In this document: positions 28,463 through 37,790 of the stretch, piece by piece | Position numbering within the stretch: the first letter of the stretch is position 1 | How the letters are laid out: every line of letters begins with the position of its first letter | Virus record (IMG/VR): IMGVR_UViG_3300042564_002819 | Coordinates: 186,001-250,000 of that record | Strand: one strand, 5' to 3' | Length of the DNA stretch: 64,000 nucleotides | Position numbers and translations under genes: made by a program | The notes under the pieces: generated by a model | Seen by the model: only the letters and a program-made list of their open reading frames with translations | The model's database searches: none | Told to the model about the DNA's origin: nothing

Positions 28463-28807
28463 TTAGTCCAGACGCGAGCCAGCGTAGGCAGTGAAGCCAT
28501 AACGCTTCAGCACTTCTGCGGCAGCACGAGCACCAGCTTCTTTGGTTTCGATGTTTTGTGCACCGTGACGGCTTGGGTTCCAGCATTCGTAAGCCTTGCC
28601 GGTCCAGTCTTTGCGGAAGCCCAGAGCTTCGATATCGCGACGTTCAATCTTACCATCGCGGGTGTTGCCCTTGTGCTTGGGATAGATCGTAACCCAAGCA
28701 AAGCCACACATGCCGCGGTCTACTCCGCCCATTTGTTCAGCAAAGAACTGGTTGGCAGCATCACGGGCAGCAGTTTCAAACTCTTCGCGGATTGCAGTGG
28801 TGTCCAT
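28463..28807 (-). CDS. phage protein (CGFAWV motif)
   Basis: AAGGAG SD; own promoter. Confidence 0.65.
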   Translation of the reverse strand: MDTTAIREEFETAARDAANQFFAEQMGGVDRGMCGFAWVTIYPKHKGNTRDGKIERRDIEALGFRKDWTGKAYECWNPSRHGAQNIETKEAGARAAAEVLKRYGFTAYAGSRLD

Positions 28808-28931
28808 CAGTGGTCTCCTTGTTTGCTCTATGCCTAATGTATAGCAGATCACAGTCTCGGGGTCAACAGGAAAAATAACCCGCACAATCAGATTGTGCAA
28901 ACCGTTTCGCATATCGTATACAGCGGGGCCA

Positions 28932-29237
28932 TCAGTTGTGGTAGGTCTTGGTTACGCGGAGAACTTCGCCATAGCAGTTGATCTCGTAGAGGTATGTCCA
29001 ATGACGACGATATTCAACTTCCTGACGGCATACACGGTAAGGATCTGGCTCTTGGTAATAAACCACAGGCGGCGGATATTCGGTTTGTGGATACACCACC
29101 TGCGGGCGTGGCGCCTTGAGTGCATCTACTACGATTGCACCCACAATGAATCCGCCGAGGATCTTTTCGAAGTCACCTGCGTGAACGGGTGCAGCAAATC
29201 CCAGTGCCACCATTGAGGCAAGAATCATTTTACGCAT
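28932..29237 (-). CDS. secreted or membrane hypothetical protein
   Basis: Signal peptide (VHA), glycine-zipper-like segment. Confidence 0.6.
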   Translation of the reverse strand: MRKMILASMVALGFAAPVHAGDFEKILGGFIVGAIVVDALKAPRPQVVYPQTEYPPPVVYYQEPDPYRVCRQEVEYRRHWTYLYEINCYGEVLRVTKTYHN

Positions 29238-29272
29238 GTTCGGTCTCCTTGTATGCTCTTACAGTATATATC

Positions 29273-29476
29273 TTAAGAGCAGATGTCAACCCTCTTTGAA
29301 CGAGCAAACCTAATTAGATCTCTGTCGACGGAGGTCAATCTTTGGACATCGTATCCAAAAGGTGTATTGACACTTTCCAATCGAGCTGCTAAGTTGGCTG
29401 CGGCATTAGCAATGGTGTCGTTCGAGGAATTCTCAGCTAGGTCTCTGAGATCTTGCATTATACTGTATAAGGTCAT
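29273..29476 (-). CDS. hypothetical protein
   Basis: ORF in early array. Confidence 0.45.
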   Translation of the reverse strand: MTLYSIMQDLRDLAENSSNDTIANAAANLAARLESVNTPFGYDVQRLTSVDRDLIRFARSKRVDICS

Positions 29477-29526
29477 TTTCTTCTTTTTGTTGACGGGCAG
29501 TTTAGTGTCTTGCCCAGGACACCGTC

Positions 29527-29700
29527 TCATTCGAGAGGTTCAGTGCAGTCGCAGTCCACAAACTCGTAGCGGCCTGCGTCAATCTTGGCTAGCCATTTGC
29601 CAAATCCTGTAGGATCTTCCAGTGCAATAATCAGTAGCACTATCGTAAACAACAGGAAAAAGCTCAGCAGCATATCGCGGATGTCGGCAAAAACGTTCAT
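29527..29700 (-). CDS. small membrane protein (57 aa)
   Basis: One hydrophobic helix; overlaps stop of upstream gene. Confidence 0.45.
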   Translation of the reverse strand: MNVFADIRDMLLSFFLLFTIVLLIIALEDPTGFGKWLAKIDAGRYEFVDCDCTEPLE

Positions 29701-29876
29701 TGGCATTCCTCTAGATTATAGTGTTCACAGTCAGCAAGGTACTCAGGATCCAATTGGGAAGCTAGGAAATTTTCGTGTGCAGCCCGGTCGGCCAATGCTT
29801 CGGCCGGTGAAGTTAATACAGGTACGTCGCCACAAGCAGCTAACGTCAGTGCGGAAATCAACATCATCCACTTCAT
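29697..29876 (-). CDS. small lipoprotein
   Basis: MKWMMLISALTLAAC lipobox; own promoter. Confidence 0.55.
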   Translation of the reverse strand: MKWMMLISALTLAACGDVPVLTSPAEALADRAAHENFLASQLDPEYLADCEHYNLEECQ

Positions 29877-29939
29877 CTGCAGGGCCCTTTCTCTTGCTCT
29901 GTATCTTTTTATAGCATCAAGCGACACTGAGGTCAACCA

Positions 29940-30308
29940 TTACCAGACGTGAATAGAAAGACTTTCTGTGTTGTGTTTCCAGTTCATTTCTTTGCCGCCT
30001 GCTGATTCAATGCTTTTGCGGAATGCCGTGCTGTCACGACGGCTCTTAAGCACATACCGTTGAACTTTGACTTCGGTGTGTGCAGGACGACGCTTGGTTG
30101 CAGGACGTGCAGTTTCATAGACTGCACCGTAGCTGGCAAAGTAGTCCTTGACACAGTCAACAACAGCGGCTACGGCTGTTTGGTGTGCAAACGATCCAAA
30201 CACATCCGGATGACGGTCCATGGCTGCTTCTGCACGACGATTGATGTCTTCGATAGCAAACCAACTGGAGCCGACACTGTGTGTCTCTTTGGTTTCTTCC
30301 TTAATCAT
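29940..30308 (-). CDS. hypothetical protein
   Basis: AGGAG SD. Confidence 0.55.
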   Translation of the reverse strand: MIKEETKETHSVGSSWFAIEDINRRAEAAMDRHPDVFGSFAHQTAVAAVVDCVKDYFASYGAVYETARPATKRRPAHTEVKVQRYVLKSRRDSTAFRKSIESAGGKEMNWKHNTESLSIHVW

Positions 30309-30588
30309 AGTAATCTCCTACTAAGATGTATGTTGCAGGTGCACATTCTTCATTATCATTAGCATAGAGCAATCCGTCCTCGCGGTCAAGGAAAAAGTCC
30401 TTGCTTTCAGGATCGATATCATCTACATCAACGAATTCAACCTGGCCGAGATAGGCAAAATCGTCGAGGCACCCGCAGCTTTGAACAAAGCGATACACTC
30501 CAGGCTTATCAACAGTCTTGCCGATAATATCACTGGCTTCTCTCTGCGAGAATTCGTTGAGGTAGTCGATGCTGACTTTAATCATCAC
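30301..30588 (-). CDS. acidic hypothetical protein
   Basis: Coupled ORF. Confidence 0.55.
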   Translation of the reverse strand: MMIKVSIDYLNEFSQREASDIIGKTVDKPGVYRFVQSCGCLDDFAYLGQVEFVDVDDIDPESKDFFLDREDGLLYANDNEECAPATYILVGDYYD

Positions 30589-30728
30589 AGCTCTCCCTTG
30601 CGATGCTTTTGTTTGCGGGTGTATTTGGTTTTGTCACGCACAGTGCGGACGCGGAACTGAGGTGTGGCAAGTTCACGTGCAACAGGGTTGCGACGCTGAA
30701 TGTCTTCTGCACGGATTTGGATTTTCAT
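30585..30728 (-). CDS. ArfA-like small basic protein (47 aa)
   Basis: NPVARELATPQFRVR...KYTRKQKH; GAGGAG SD; own promoter. Confidence 0.55.
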   Translation of the reverse strand: MKIQIRAEDIQRRNPVARELATPQFRVRTVRDKTKYTRKQKHRKGEL

Positions 30729-30773
30729 CGTGTTGCTCCTCGTTTGCCCTATACCGTTTATATAGCATTGAGT

Positions 30774-30980
30774 TCAGTTGGTGTCAACCATTATCTTCTC
30801 AAGTTCGTCGACGTGATACATATAGCGTTGGCGAGTCTTGAACCTTTTATCAAGCCGCACACGAAGCCAACCTTCAACAAAGCCTTCATCTTCAACAGTG
30901 CCCAACAGGCCCTGGGTGGGACGAAGTGCTGGAGCACGGACCTTCACACGGTCTCCAATTTGGATTGTCATCTCTTTCAA
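30774..30980 (-). CDS. small SH3-like protein
   Basis: IGDRVKV...GTV...VRLD. Confidence 0.45.
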   Translation of the reverse strand: MKEMTIQIGDRVKVRAPALRPTQGLLGTVEDEGFVEGWLRVRLDKRFKTRQRYMYHVDELEKIMVDTN

Positions 30981-30983
30981 CCT

Positions 30984-31241
30984 CTATTTGAACTCTACTC
31001 TAACCAAATCGCCTTGTGGATTGAACATGGTGCAGACTCTGTTGCCCACCGCCTTGACAGTGGTACGAGTTTGCCACCACAGTTCGGCTTCTGCCTCAGT
31101 GTCTACCAACACCGCATTCCACTCCAACGGTCCACCAGGATTATCTGCTGGTGGTTTGGAGAACTGTGTTCTTACTTGCCACATCTGAATTCTCCGTGTT
31201 GCCCTATGCTCGGTTATAGCATAGGGCAAGGGTGGTGTCAA
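30984..31241 (-). CDS. hypothetical protein (true start may be downstream)
   Basis: ORF; a promoter lies within its annotated 5' part. Confidence 0.45.
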   Translation of the reverse strand: MTPPLPYAITEHRATRRIQMWQVRTQFSKPPADNPGGPLEWNAVLVDTEAEAELWWQTRTTVKAVGNRVCTMFNPQGDLVRVEFK

Positions 31242-31825
31242 CCTCTGTCTGTGTAGAAGATGTGATTGTCGATACGCACCACACGTTCAAAACTCTTGGC
31301 CCAAGTGGGCTTGACAGATGCAGCGTGGAAGTAGGTCGCTCCCTCAGTGGGATCACGTTCTACTCCGTATGACTGTAGGACTTCTTCTGCAACGACTTGT
31401 GCAGTTGCCCAAGCGGCTTGGTCCTTAGGTCTATCGCTCTTGCCATCGTGTGTCCAGGAGAACTGTTGATCTTCCCACACTACAGCACAGATGGTATCGG
31501 GGAAGTCCGAGTCCATTACTCTGTTGAGTGTAACCCAGCCTACAAACTCCTGTCCTACCTTGCTCTCGCCACGAGATTCAAAATAGACATTCAGTGCTAG
31601 GCAGTGTCGGTCTTCTTTGCTGACCTCAGCAAAGATGGCTTCGGGATCAGGGCGTGGCTGCATAGGTACAGGCACATGAACAATCCGTTCTACCACTCTG
31701 TCGATATACACTACTTCTTTGGGTTCGACGGCCGCTTTTGCCTCATCTGCCGTCAAGTAAACCACTGCCATTGCAACGATCACGGCTGAAGAAGCAACGC
31801 CGCCGATGATGGTACTCATCCTCAT
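31238..31825 (-). CDS. cell wall hydrolase (SleB/Hydrolase_2 family)
   Basis: CLALNVYFESRGE, V.LNRV, FP.TIC.VV, QFSW, GATYFH, I.NHIFY; N-terminal anchor. Confidence 0.9.
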   Translation of the reverse strand: MRMSTIIGGVASSAVIVAMAVVYLTADEAKAAVEPKEVVYIDRVVERIVHVPVPMQPRPDPEAIFAEVSKEDRHCLALNVYFESRGESKVGQEFVGWVTLNRVMDSDFPDTICAVVWEDQQFSWTHDGKSDRPKDQAAWATAQVVAEEVLQSYGVERDPTEGATYFHAASVKPTWAKSFERVVRIDNHIFYTDRG

Positions 31826-31947
31826 TGGATTCTCCTTTTTGTCGTTCGTGTAATAGTTATACTGGTATTGCTCGGAGTAGTCAACGTATATAATAGGAGT
31901 CAGCGAGATCTTGCTGGTTCCTAAGCAGGTTCTTGCTTAGCCTAGAA

Positions 31948-32406
31948 TCAGAAGTTAGGCTCGTAGTCACCGAACTCTTTATGCGTCAGCATCACTTGTT
32001 TATACAGTTGCGCCGCAGTAAGCCCACGATGCAGTCGTGCTAGACGGCTCATCGCAACTTGAATACGCTCGTCTGTGGGCTCTACAAAGCCGTCGTCGTC
32101 CGCTGCTACAGCCGTCTGTGCAGGCTTTACAGCACGTTCTTTGGCTGCTTTAGGCTTAGGTGCAGCGGCAGGCTCTCGGGCTGCTACACGCTGCAACAGT
32201 GCTCGTGCATCAGGTGTGCAAAAGGGCGACTCCAGCAAGTGTGCAGCGGCTGCCTCTCGAGTCATTGCAGTGGGCAGCTGGATCAACTGGATGTCAGTGT
32301 TCTCGCAGCGTTCCAGCATAGCAATACGACCCGCAAGATCGTTTGCAACACGGAACTTAAGCTCACCATTTTCCTTGCTAGTGCCAGCAACAGTGAAAGT
32401 CTTCAT
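31948..32406 (-). CDS. phage protein, paralog of 33678..34145
   Basis: TFTVAG.S..NG..K.R.AN...R..ML......I....LP.AMT..AA..HL. Confidence 0.65.
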   Translation of the reverse strand: MKTFTVAGTSKENGELKFRVANDLAGRIAMLERCENTDIQLIQLPTAMTREAAAAHLLESPFCTPDARALLQRVAAREPAAAPKPKAAKERAVKPAQTAVAADDDGFVEPTDERIQVAMSRLARLHRGLTAAQLYKQVMLTHKEFGDYEPNF

Positions 32407-32417
32407 CTTGCATCTCC

Positions 32418-32540
32418 TTAGTCTGCATACTGAGCGTTGAACAATGCTGCCTTGAAGGTGCCACCGTGAACAATCTTGTTGTCTGCTAGGCGTTTGCCGA
32501 ACCAAACATTACCTGCATTCCAGAACGTCCAACCTTCCAT
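32418..32540 (-). CDS. small hypothetical protein (40 aa)
   Basis: RBS block identical to that of the next gene; own promoter. Confidence 0.45.
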   Translation of the reverse strand: MEGWTFWNAGNVWFGKRLADNKIVHGGTFKAALFNAQYAD

Positions 32541-32641
32541 CTTGCATCTCCTTGCGTTATGCACTGTGTATAGCAGAATCTTTCTGCCAGTGCAAGAGAA
32601 TAATTCCTCTTGATCCGGTGAGTTGTTTGTGTTATACAACT

Positions 32642-32745
32642 TGTGAGGCCGGAGAGTTCCGTACGGGAGGGCACGGAGCCCTGAACCTATGGTTTAATCA
32701 TTAAACCATTCAGTCAAGGGGAAAGGGTGCATTGCTGCACCCTTG
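32642..32745 (+). ncRNA. candidate small structured RNA, copy 1
   Basis: TTGATC-N17-TATACA promoter, GTGAGGCC start, CTGAACCTATGGTTTAATCATTAAACCA hairpin, terminator-like stem 32722-32743; related copy at 41020. Confidence 0.45.
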
Positions 32746-32752
32746 TTCTCGT

Positions 32753-33022
32753 TCACATCTGCCAATAAGCTTCGCTTGCGGGCGACATGTAGTTGGGCGT
32801 ATTCACCGACTCCATGTATGACTGTCCAGTCATCAAGTTAGTGCGTTCTACTTGACGCTCGATGTTGTCTTGGAAGTAGGTGTATTCAGCAACCGCATAG
32901 TCGTTCCAGTTCAGGTAGCGTGTCACATGACGCTTTGCTGCCTGCTCAGTTGCAAAGAACTCGTCGCCGTTTGCACGACGTGCGGTACGAGTAGTATCTT
33001 TACGGTAAACCACATAAGCCAT
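32753..33022 (-). CDS. phage hypothetical protein
   Basis: AAGGAG SD; NLMTG..Y.E..NTP....P.SE.YW C-terminus. Confidence 0.65.
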   Translation of the reverse strand: MAYVVYRKDTTRTARRANGDEFFATEQAAKRHVTRYLNWNDYAVAEYTYFQDNIERQVERTNLMTGQSYMESVNTPNYMSPASEAYWQM

Positions 33023-33084
33023 TGTGTCTCTCCTTGTTGCTTACAGTTACACAATATAGAAAAAGCGATAAGGGGTCAAGCCCC

Positions 33085-33588
33085 TTATTTCCACTCTTGT
33101 CCATCGGCACGGAGTGCAACAATACTGTCCATTGCGAACGTGCGGATAACAACCTTGTTCTCAAGTCCGCCTTGCTCGCCTTCACGCTTTTCCGGAAGAC
33201 CATCGATTGCCGATTCGTCAACCGGTTTTCCGTCGAGCAGGTATTGCACGTCGCCAGCACGGAGGAAGATTACTTCCAAGTAATGAGTACCTTTGTGTTC
33301 CACAAACGGCGTGCCTGCAATACGCTCGCCCCATGCACGAGGGCTGAGTTCAAAGCCGGCAGGGTCCTTGCCTTCTTGCTCCAAACGACGCAGCACCATT
33401 GCGTTATATGCACTGCCGTTGGTGTTGCTGAAGCACATAACAGTGGCACCAGTCATTGCCTTTGTAACACGGCCCTGCTGCGGGTTCTTCTTGCCACCTT
33501 TGAGCACAACCGAAGTCACAGTGTCCATGCCAACGAACGTGCCGCCTGCAAGTGTGTCGAACGCAGTCTTTACAGTTTGGAAGTCCAT
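33085..33588 (-). CDS. phage hypothetical protein
   Basis: AAGGA SD; own promoter. Confidence 0.65.
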   Translation of the reverse strand: MDFQTVKTAFDTLAGGTFVGMDTVTSVVLKGGKKNPQQGRVTKAMTGATVMCFSNTNGSAYNAMVLRRLEQEGKDPAGFELSPRAWGERIAGTPFVEHKGTHYLEVIFLRAGDVQYLLDGKPVDESAIDGLPEKREGEQGGLENKVVIRTFAMDSIVALRADGQEWK

Positions 33589-33677
33589 TGCGTAGTCCTT
33601 TCTGTTTGTCTATGCTCTAGTTATAGCACCTAAGAGAAAGCGGTGCAAGCGTTATTTTGCCTGTACCGCCATTTTTT

Positions 33678-34145
33678 TTAGGCAGCAACTTCGGTCTGCT
33701 CAGCAGCCTTTGCAGCAATACGAGCAGCCAGTTTGGCTTTCTGCTCTGCCTTCTTTGCAAGCGTTTCAGCAATCAGCTGATCCAGCAACGCTTGACGAGC
33801 TTCTTTGGAAAGGAACTTGCCGCCTTCGCCGTGCGTCGGAATTTCAGCAATGGTGGGCAGCTTCATCGGACGGCCACGCTTGCCAGCAGCCTTCGGAGCA
33901 TTCTTCTCAACGTAGGCTTCCAGTGCAGCCATCGCAAGTTCGGTTTGGAAAGCGGGCAGCGTCTTAAGGTGTGCCACAGCCGCCAGCTTGGTCATAGCTT
34001 CGGGCAGCTCAACGATCGCAATGTTCTCGTGGCCGGTGTATTCAAGCATATACAAACGAGTGTCAAAGCCATTGCTGAAGCGAGCTTTGGTCTTGCCGTT
34101 CAAAGTCGAAACGCCAGCAACAGTGTAGGTCTTGGTGTTGGTCAT
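33678..34145 (-). CDS. phage protein with Lys/Ala-rich tail and GRP (AT-hook-like) motif, paralog of 31948..32406
   Basis: Shared N-terminal domain; KRGRP. Confidence 0.65.
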   Translation of the reverse strand: MTNTKTYTVAGVSTLNGKTKARFSNGFDTRLYMLEYTGHENIAIVELPEAMTKLAAVAHLKTLPAFQTELAMAALEAYVEKNAPKAAGKRGRPMKLPTIAEIPTHGEGGKFLSKEARQALLDQLIAETLAKKAEQKAKLAARIAAKAAEQTEVAA

Positions 34146-34353
34146 TTTACAGTTCCTTTGTGTGTGTTTGTGTGTGTTTCTGTTGTTTAGTATTAGCATC
34201 ATTGCTAACACAAGTCTAGTTCTTTTTTTAGGCAGCCTGCAATTTTTTTGCGTCTTGCTTGCTGTCTATGTGTTGTTTATAGTTCCTATCGTTGTGTGTT
34301 GCAACCGAAAAGTTGTCTATATCTAAACTTTTTTTCGGTTGCATCTTTTTCTA

Positions 34354-34827
34354 TTACCAGCTAGAACAGTAATAAAATTCCCAATGTTTGGTAATCTCCT
34401 CGTTGCCAAGGATCTCTTCCAGGCCCTTTACAGTGTCTTCCAGGTCCCGCCAGTAATACTCGTCGTATTCAGTGCCGCCAAAGAAAAAGCCGCTTTGGGT
34501 AGGCAACAGTGCTTGGGCATTGGCAATTGCATTAGGGCCGTTGCGGCCTGCAAGAACAGAACGGCAAGTATTCAGCAGTTCGTTCAGCTGTTCATCAGAA
34601 ACGAAAGTCTCTTGACATTCGTCTTTGCCTTCCTGCACGTTATCAACGAACCATTTGTGGATCTGGTTCGACTTGCGCCAATACATCATCTCGCAGCTGA
34701 CTTCTTTGATGCGGCGGCCTTTGAGCTCGGGGAACAGCGGCTCTACCGCAGCTTGGATGTGCTGGTCCGGGCTGTCAGAGAAGCCCCAGATATAGCGACG
34801 TCCGGTAAGATACATATCAAGTCCCAT
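34354..34827 (-). CDS. phage protein (MGLDMY...YWRK.N.IH.WF)
   Basis: GAGGA SD; own promoter. Confidence 0.65.
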   Translation of the reverse strand: MGLDMYLTGRRYIWGFSDSPDQHIQAAVEPLFPELKGRRIKEVSCEMMYWRKSNQIHKWFVDNVQEGKDECQETFVSDEQLNELLNTCRSVLAGRNGPNAIANAQALLPTQSGFFFGGTEYDEYYWRDLEDTVKGLEEILGNEEITKHWEFYYCSSW

Positions 34828-34900
34828 GTGCATCCTCTTTTGCTGTTTGTGTTTACAAGTTAGCAGAATCAAAAAGCATGGTCAACCTAATAAATGAAAA

Positions 34901-34932
34901 TGCCCTAGCAGGGAGGGCATCCTGCTAGGGCA
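34901..34932 (-). terminator. intrinsic terminator-like hairpin
   Basis: TGCCCTAGCAGG/CCTGCTAGGGCA 12-bp stem followed by a T-run on the minus strand. Confidence 0.5.
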
Positions 34933-35056
34933 GTAAGCGAAGCGTTGAGAGGGCACCAACAACTTCGAAAGTGACAGGTTGACGAGGGCAGTCTTCCTGT
35001 CTTATACGCCCGAACAATGAGGGCAACTGCCCGGGCGACTTGACCGTAGTGCGGAG

Positions 35057-36055
35057 TTAGACTCGACGCATTACGGTGTTCTCTGCTATAGCTTCCCAAT
35101 CGTTCGGGAAAGCCTGGGCCAGATCTGCAACCTTAAGAACGGTTCGCAAGCTGAGCTCACGCAGTCGTTCACGGTTCTGATCCACAAACTCAACCACATC
35201 ATCTTTGATCTCGTCTGTGAGTTTGTAGTCATTGAGCATACCGTCACCAACCAATTGACGAATACGCAACATCTTTTCACGATCAGTATCGATGGTCAAG
35301 TCAATATAATGACAGCGTGATTCCAATGCAGTCAAGTGTTCACGCAGACGTCCACGCACCTTGCTGAACTTGATGTTGGTGATAAAGATCGCAGAACCTT
35401 CAAAGCGGAACGAATCCGGAATACCTTCTTCACGCAGCTTGCGGCTATCCGAGTTCCAGTGCAGTGTCCTGGTTTTCTTCGAATCCAGTGCAGCTTTGAG
35501 CAGGTTCAACGACGTTTCGTCTGTGAAGATGCTGTCGCAGTCATCGAACACAACCACACAGTCTTTGTCTGCATACTTGTAGAGCTTGCAATAAAGACCC
35601 AGCGGGCTTACAGCACCTTTGATCACTTCGTACTTCTTAGCACCGCCCATGTCTTCCAAAAGCTTGTGCCGATCCAGAACTTCTTCTACACCGTAGCTTT
35701 TGCCAACACCTGGAGGTCCTGACACGATCATTGCTCGCACATCACCACGCTTAACAGCTTTGGTCATTTCGGTAAGCATGTTAAAGCGGCTACGCATACG
35801 ATCAACAATCTCTTCGTCGGTTTCCTCGACCGTAACAGCGGGGCCTTCTGCGTCAGCAACTTCGACGCTTTCAGGTCCTGACACATATACCTTGATTGCA
35901 CGATCCGGAAAGCCCGGAACAGCTTTACCATTTACCATTACGTACCCACCACGAACTCCAACTCGGTAGCCACCGACCAACGGCATAACCTGGTTGGTCA
36001 TGTCAAAGTCTTTGCCACGAAGTTTAAATGTTCCTTCCAGAAATTTTACCTGCAT
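35057..36055 (-). CDS. AAA+ ATPase
   Basis: GPPGVGKS Walker A, VVVFDDCD Walker B, ALESR arginine finger. Confidence 0.85.
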   Translation of the reverse strand: MQVKFLEGTFKLRGKDFDMTNQVMPLVGGYRVGVRGGYVMVNGKAVPGFPDRAIKVYVSGPESVEVADAEGPAVTVEETDEEIVDRMRSRFNMLTEMTKAVKRGDVRAMIVSGPPGVGKSYGVEEVLDRHKLLEDMGGAKKYEVIKGAVSPLGLYCKLYKYADKDCVVVFDDCDSIFTDETSLNLLKAALDSKKTRTLHWNSDSRKLREEGIPDSFRFEGSAIFITNIKFSKVRGRLREHLTALESRCHYIDLTIDTDREKMLRIRQLVGDGMLNDYKLTDEIKDDVVEFVDQNRERLRELSLRTVLKVADLAQAFPNDWEAIAENTVMRRV

Positions 36056-36108
36056 GTTTGCCCTCTTCTTGTTCTTGCAGTTTACTAGTACACAGACCAG
36101 TTGTCAAC

Positions 36109-36285
36109 CTAAAGTTTCAGCGTTGTGAAGTGTAGGAATATCCCAAGAACGGCCAGAACGATCGCAATAGCAACCGGCGTATTGATCACAGCCCAAAGCT
36201 GCTTAACCAACCACAGTGCTACACTCAAACCTACTAGGCCGACCAAGATCAGCAGTATTAGTGTTTGAATATCTTCTGAAGTCAT
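36109..36285 (-). CDS. small two-helix membrane protein
   Basis: Two hydrophobic segments; AAGGAG SD. Confidence 0.5.
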   Translation of the reverse strand: MTSEDIQTLILLILVGLVGLSVALWLVKQLWAVINTPVAIAIVLAVLGIFLHFTTLKL

Positions 36286-36343
36286 TGGAACTCTCCTTAT
36301 ACTCCAACTTAACACAAACGCTCTACAGTGTCAACGAAAAAAA

Positions 36344-36420
36344 TGGTAGCCCCTGCAGGACTCGAACCTGCGACCCACCGCTTAGAAGGCGGTTGCTCTG
36401 ATCCGCTGAGCTAAGGAGCC
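36344..36420 (-). tRNA. tRNA-Arg(TCT)
   Basis: Cloverleaf; ACCGC-CTTCTAA-GCGGT anticodon arm; GTTCGA; encoded CCA. Confidence 0.92.
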
Positions 36421-36464
36421 ATTATTGTATCTTAAGCTGAGCTACGGAACCAGCAAAAGAAGTT

Positions 36465-36541
36465 TGGTAGGGGATACCGGACTTGAACCGATAACCTGCG
36501 GATTATGAGTCCGACGCTCTAACCAATTGAGCTAATCCCCC
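36465..36541 (-). tRNA. tRNA with CAT anticodon (Ile2 or elongator Met)
   Basis: CGGA-CTCATAA-TCCG; GTTCAA; CCA; lacks initiator GGG/CCC stem. Confidence 0.88.
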
Positions 36542-36548
36542 GAAACTT

Positions 36549-36630
36549 TGGTACCCGCTGCCGGACTCGAACCGGCACGCACTAGCGGGAGATTTTAAGT
36601 CTCCTGTGTCTACCATTCCACCAAGCGGGC
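36549..36630 (-). tRNA. tRNA-Leu(TAA)
   Basis: GGAGA-CTTAAAA-TCTCC; variable arm; GTTCGA; CCA. Confidence 0.92.
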
Positions 36631-36649
36631 ATCTCTTATTTATACTGGC

Positions 36650-36850
36650 TTAGACAGGCCAGTTGTCAAACTCAACACCACGTCCGACTGTAACGCTCAT
36701 GTCAACCATGCTGATGTCACGCATCAGATTGATCGCAACCTCTTCGTGCCGGCGATGCAACACAGTTGCAAGTCGTTCACGATCACCTTCGCTAAGATTA
36801 GCAATAGATTCAGCTACTTGTTCGACAACGGTTTTCACGTTCTGCTCCAT
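36650..36850 (-). CDS. hypothetical protein
   Basis: ORF directly after TTGACA-N17-TAAGAT promoter. Confidence 0.45.
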   Translation of the reverse strand: MEQNVKTVVEQVAESIANLSEGDRERLATVLHRRHEEVAINLMRDISMVDMSVTVGRGVEFDNWPV

Positions 36851-36887
36851 TTGTTATACAGTATCTTAACACTTTTGTCTGTGAGTG

Positions 36888-37178
36888 TCAACCGGTAATT
36901 GACAGTTCTTTTACCGGTTGCAACAGGCTTGCGTGGACCTTCCACACCGTAGCAGCGTTGCTCTGGCGCACTTGAATGGTCTTGATGTTGACTTTGGTCA
37001 CAGTGCCAACGACCTGCATCCCGCGAGCAGCAAAGCTAACACGGTCGCCTACTTGGAACGTAGCAGTCTTTTGACGTGCAAGGTAAGTGCGACGCAGCTT
37101 GATCGCTTCAACAACACGGTTGAGTTCGTCGTTGTCCATCTTGTGAATCGCAGTGACGGCAGTTGCAAAGTTGTTCAT
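36888..37178 (-). CDS. phage protein with SH3-like C-terminus
   Basis: VGDRVSF...GTVTKVN.KT....W.V..SLL; GAGG SD. Confidence 0.6.
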   Translation of the reverse strand: MNNFATAVTAIHKMDNDELNRVVEAIKLRRTYLARQKTATFQVGDRVSFAARGMQVVGTVTKVNIKTIQVRQSNAATVWKVHASLLQPVKELSITG

Positions 37179-37317
37179 CTTGTGGTCCTCTTGTTGCCCT
37201 ATGTGTTACTTGTAGCACCAATAGACAGGCTCGTCAACAGGAATCTCTTCATCTTCTTCTGCTTGCTTGAGCAGATGCTGTTCAAACTCCAGATATTCTT
37301 CCAGTGTCAAATCCATA

Positions 37318-37506
37318 TTATTTCTTCACCCGCACATAAGCTTTGCCAAAGAACGCAGTGAGCACAACCACAGCCAACCAGTTCCAGAAGGTGTAAGCGA
37401 TAGCAAAGCCGAACAGCGTGTTCACAGCCCAGATCGCAGCCAAGGGCCACAGTATGATCCAGGTAATCAGGAACACGACAATTCCGGCCTTGGTTAGATT
37501 TTTCAT
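37318..37506 (-). CDS. small membrane protein
   Basis: IWAVNTLF..I.YT...WLA; AGGAG SD. Confidence 0.6.
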   Translation of the reverse strand: MKNLTKAGIVVFLITWIILWPLAAIWAVNTLFGFAIAYTFWNWLAVVVLTAFFGKAYVRVKK

Positions 37507-37516
37507 TTCACTTCTC

Positions 37517-37723
37517 CTATTTGACAAAGTATTCACGACGGCTACCTGCGCCATCTGTTTGATTTGTAGGCAGATAACTGAAGCCTGCATAGCGTCCAGC
37601 TTCAAACAATACTGCTTCGATCATGCCGCAAACCGATTCGCGACCATCCGCAGTGCTGCTATCACTGGCAAGATAACTATTTGCACACTTCAGCACAAAT
37701 TCGACATCAACAGTTTTACGCAT
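37517..37723 (-). CDS. hypothetical protein
   Basis: AGGAGG SD; own promoter. Confidence 0.6.
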   Translation of the reverse strand: MRKTVDVEFVLKCANSYLASDSSTADGRESVCGMIEAVLFEAGRYAGFSYLPTNQTDGAGSRREYFVK

Positions 37724-37790
37724 CTTTGCAGCCCTCCTATTGCCCTATGCCGTGTTATAGCATAGGGCATGATTCGGTGTCAACCAGTTA

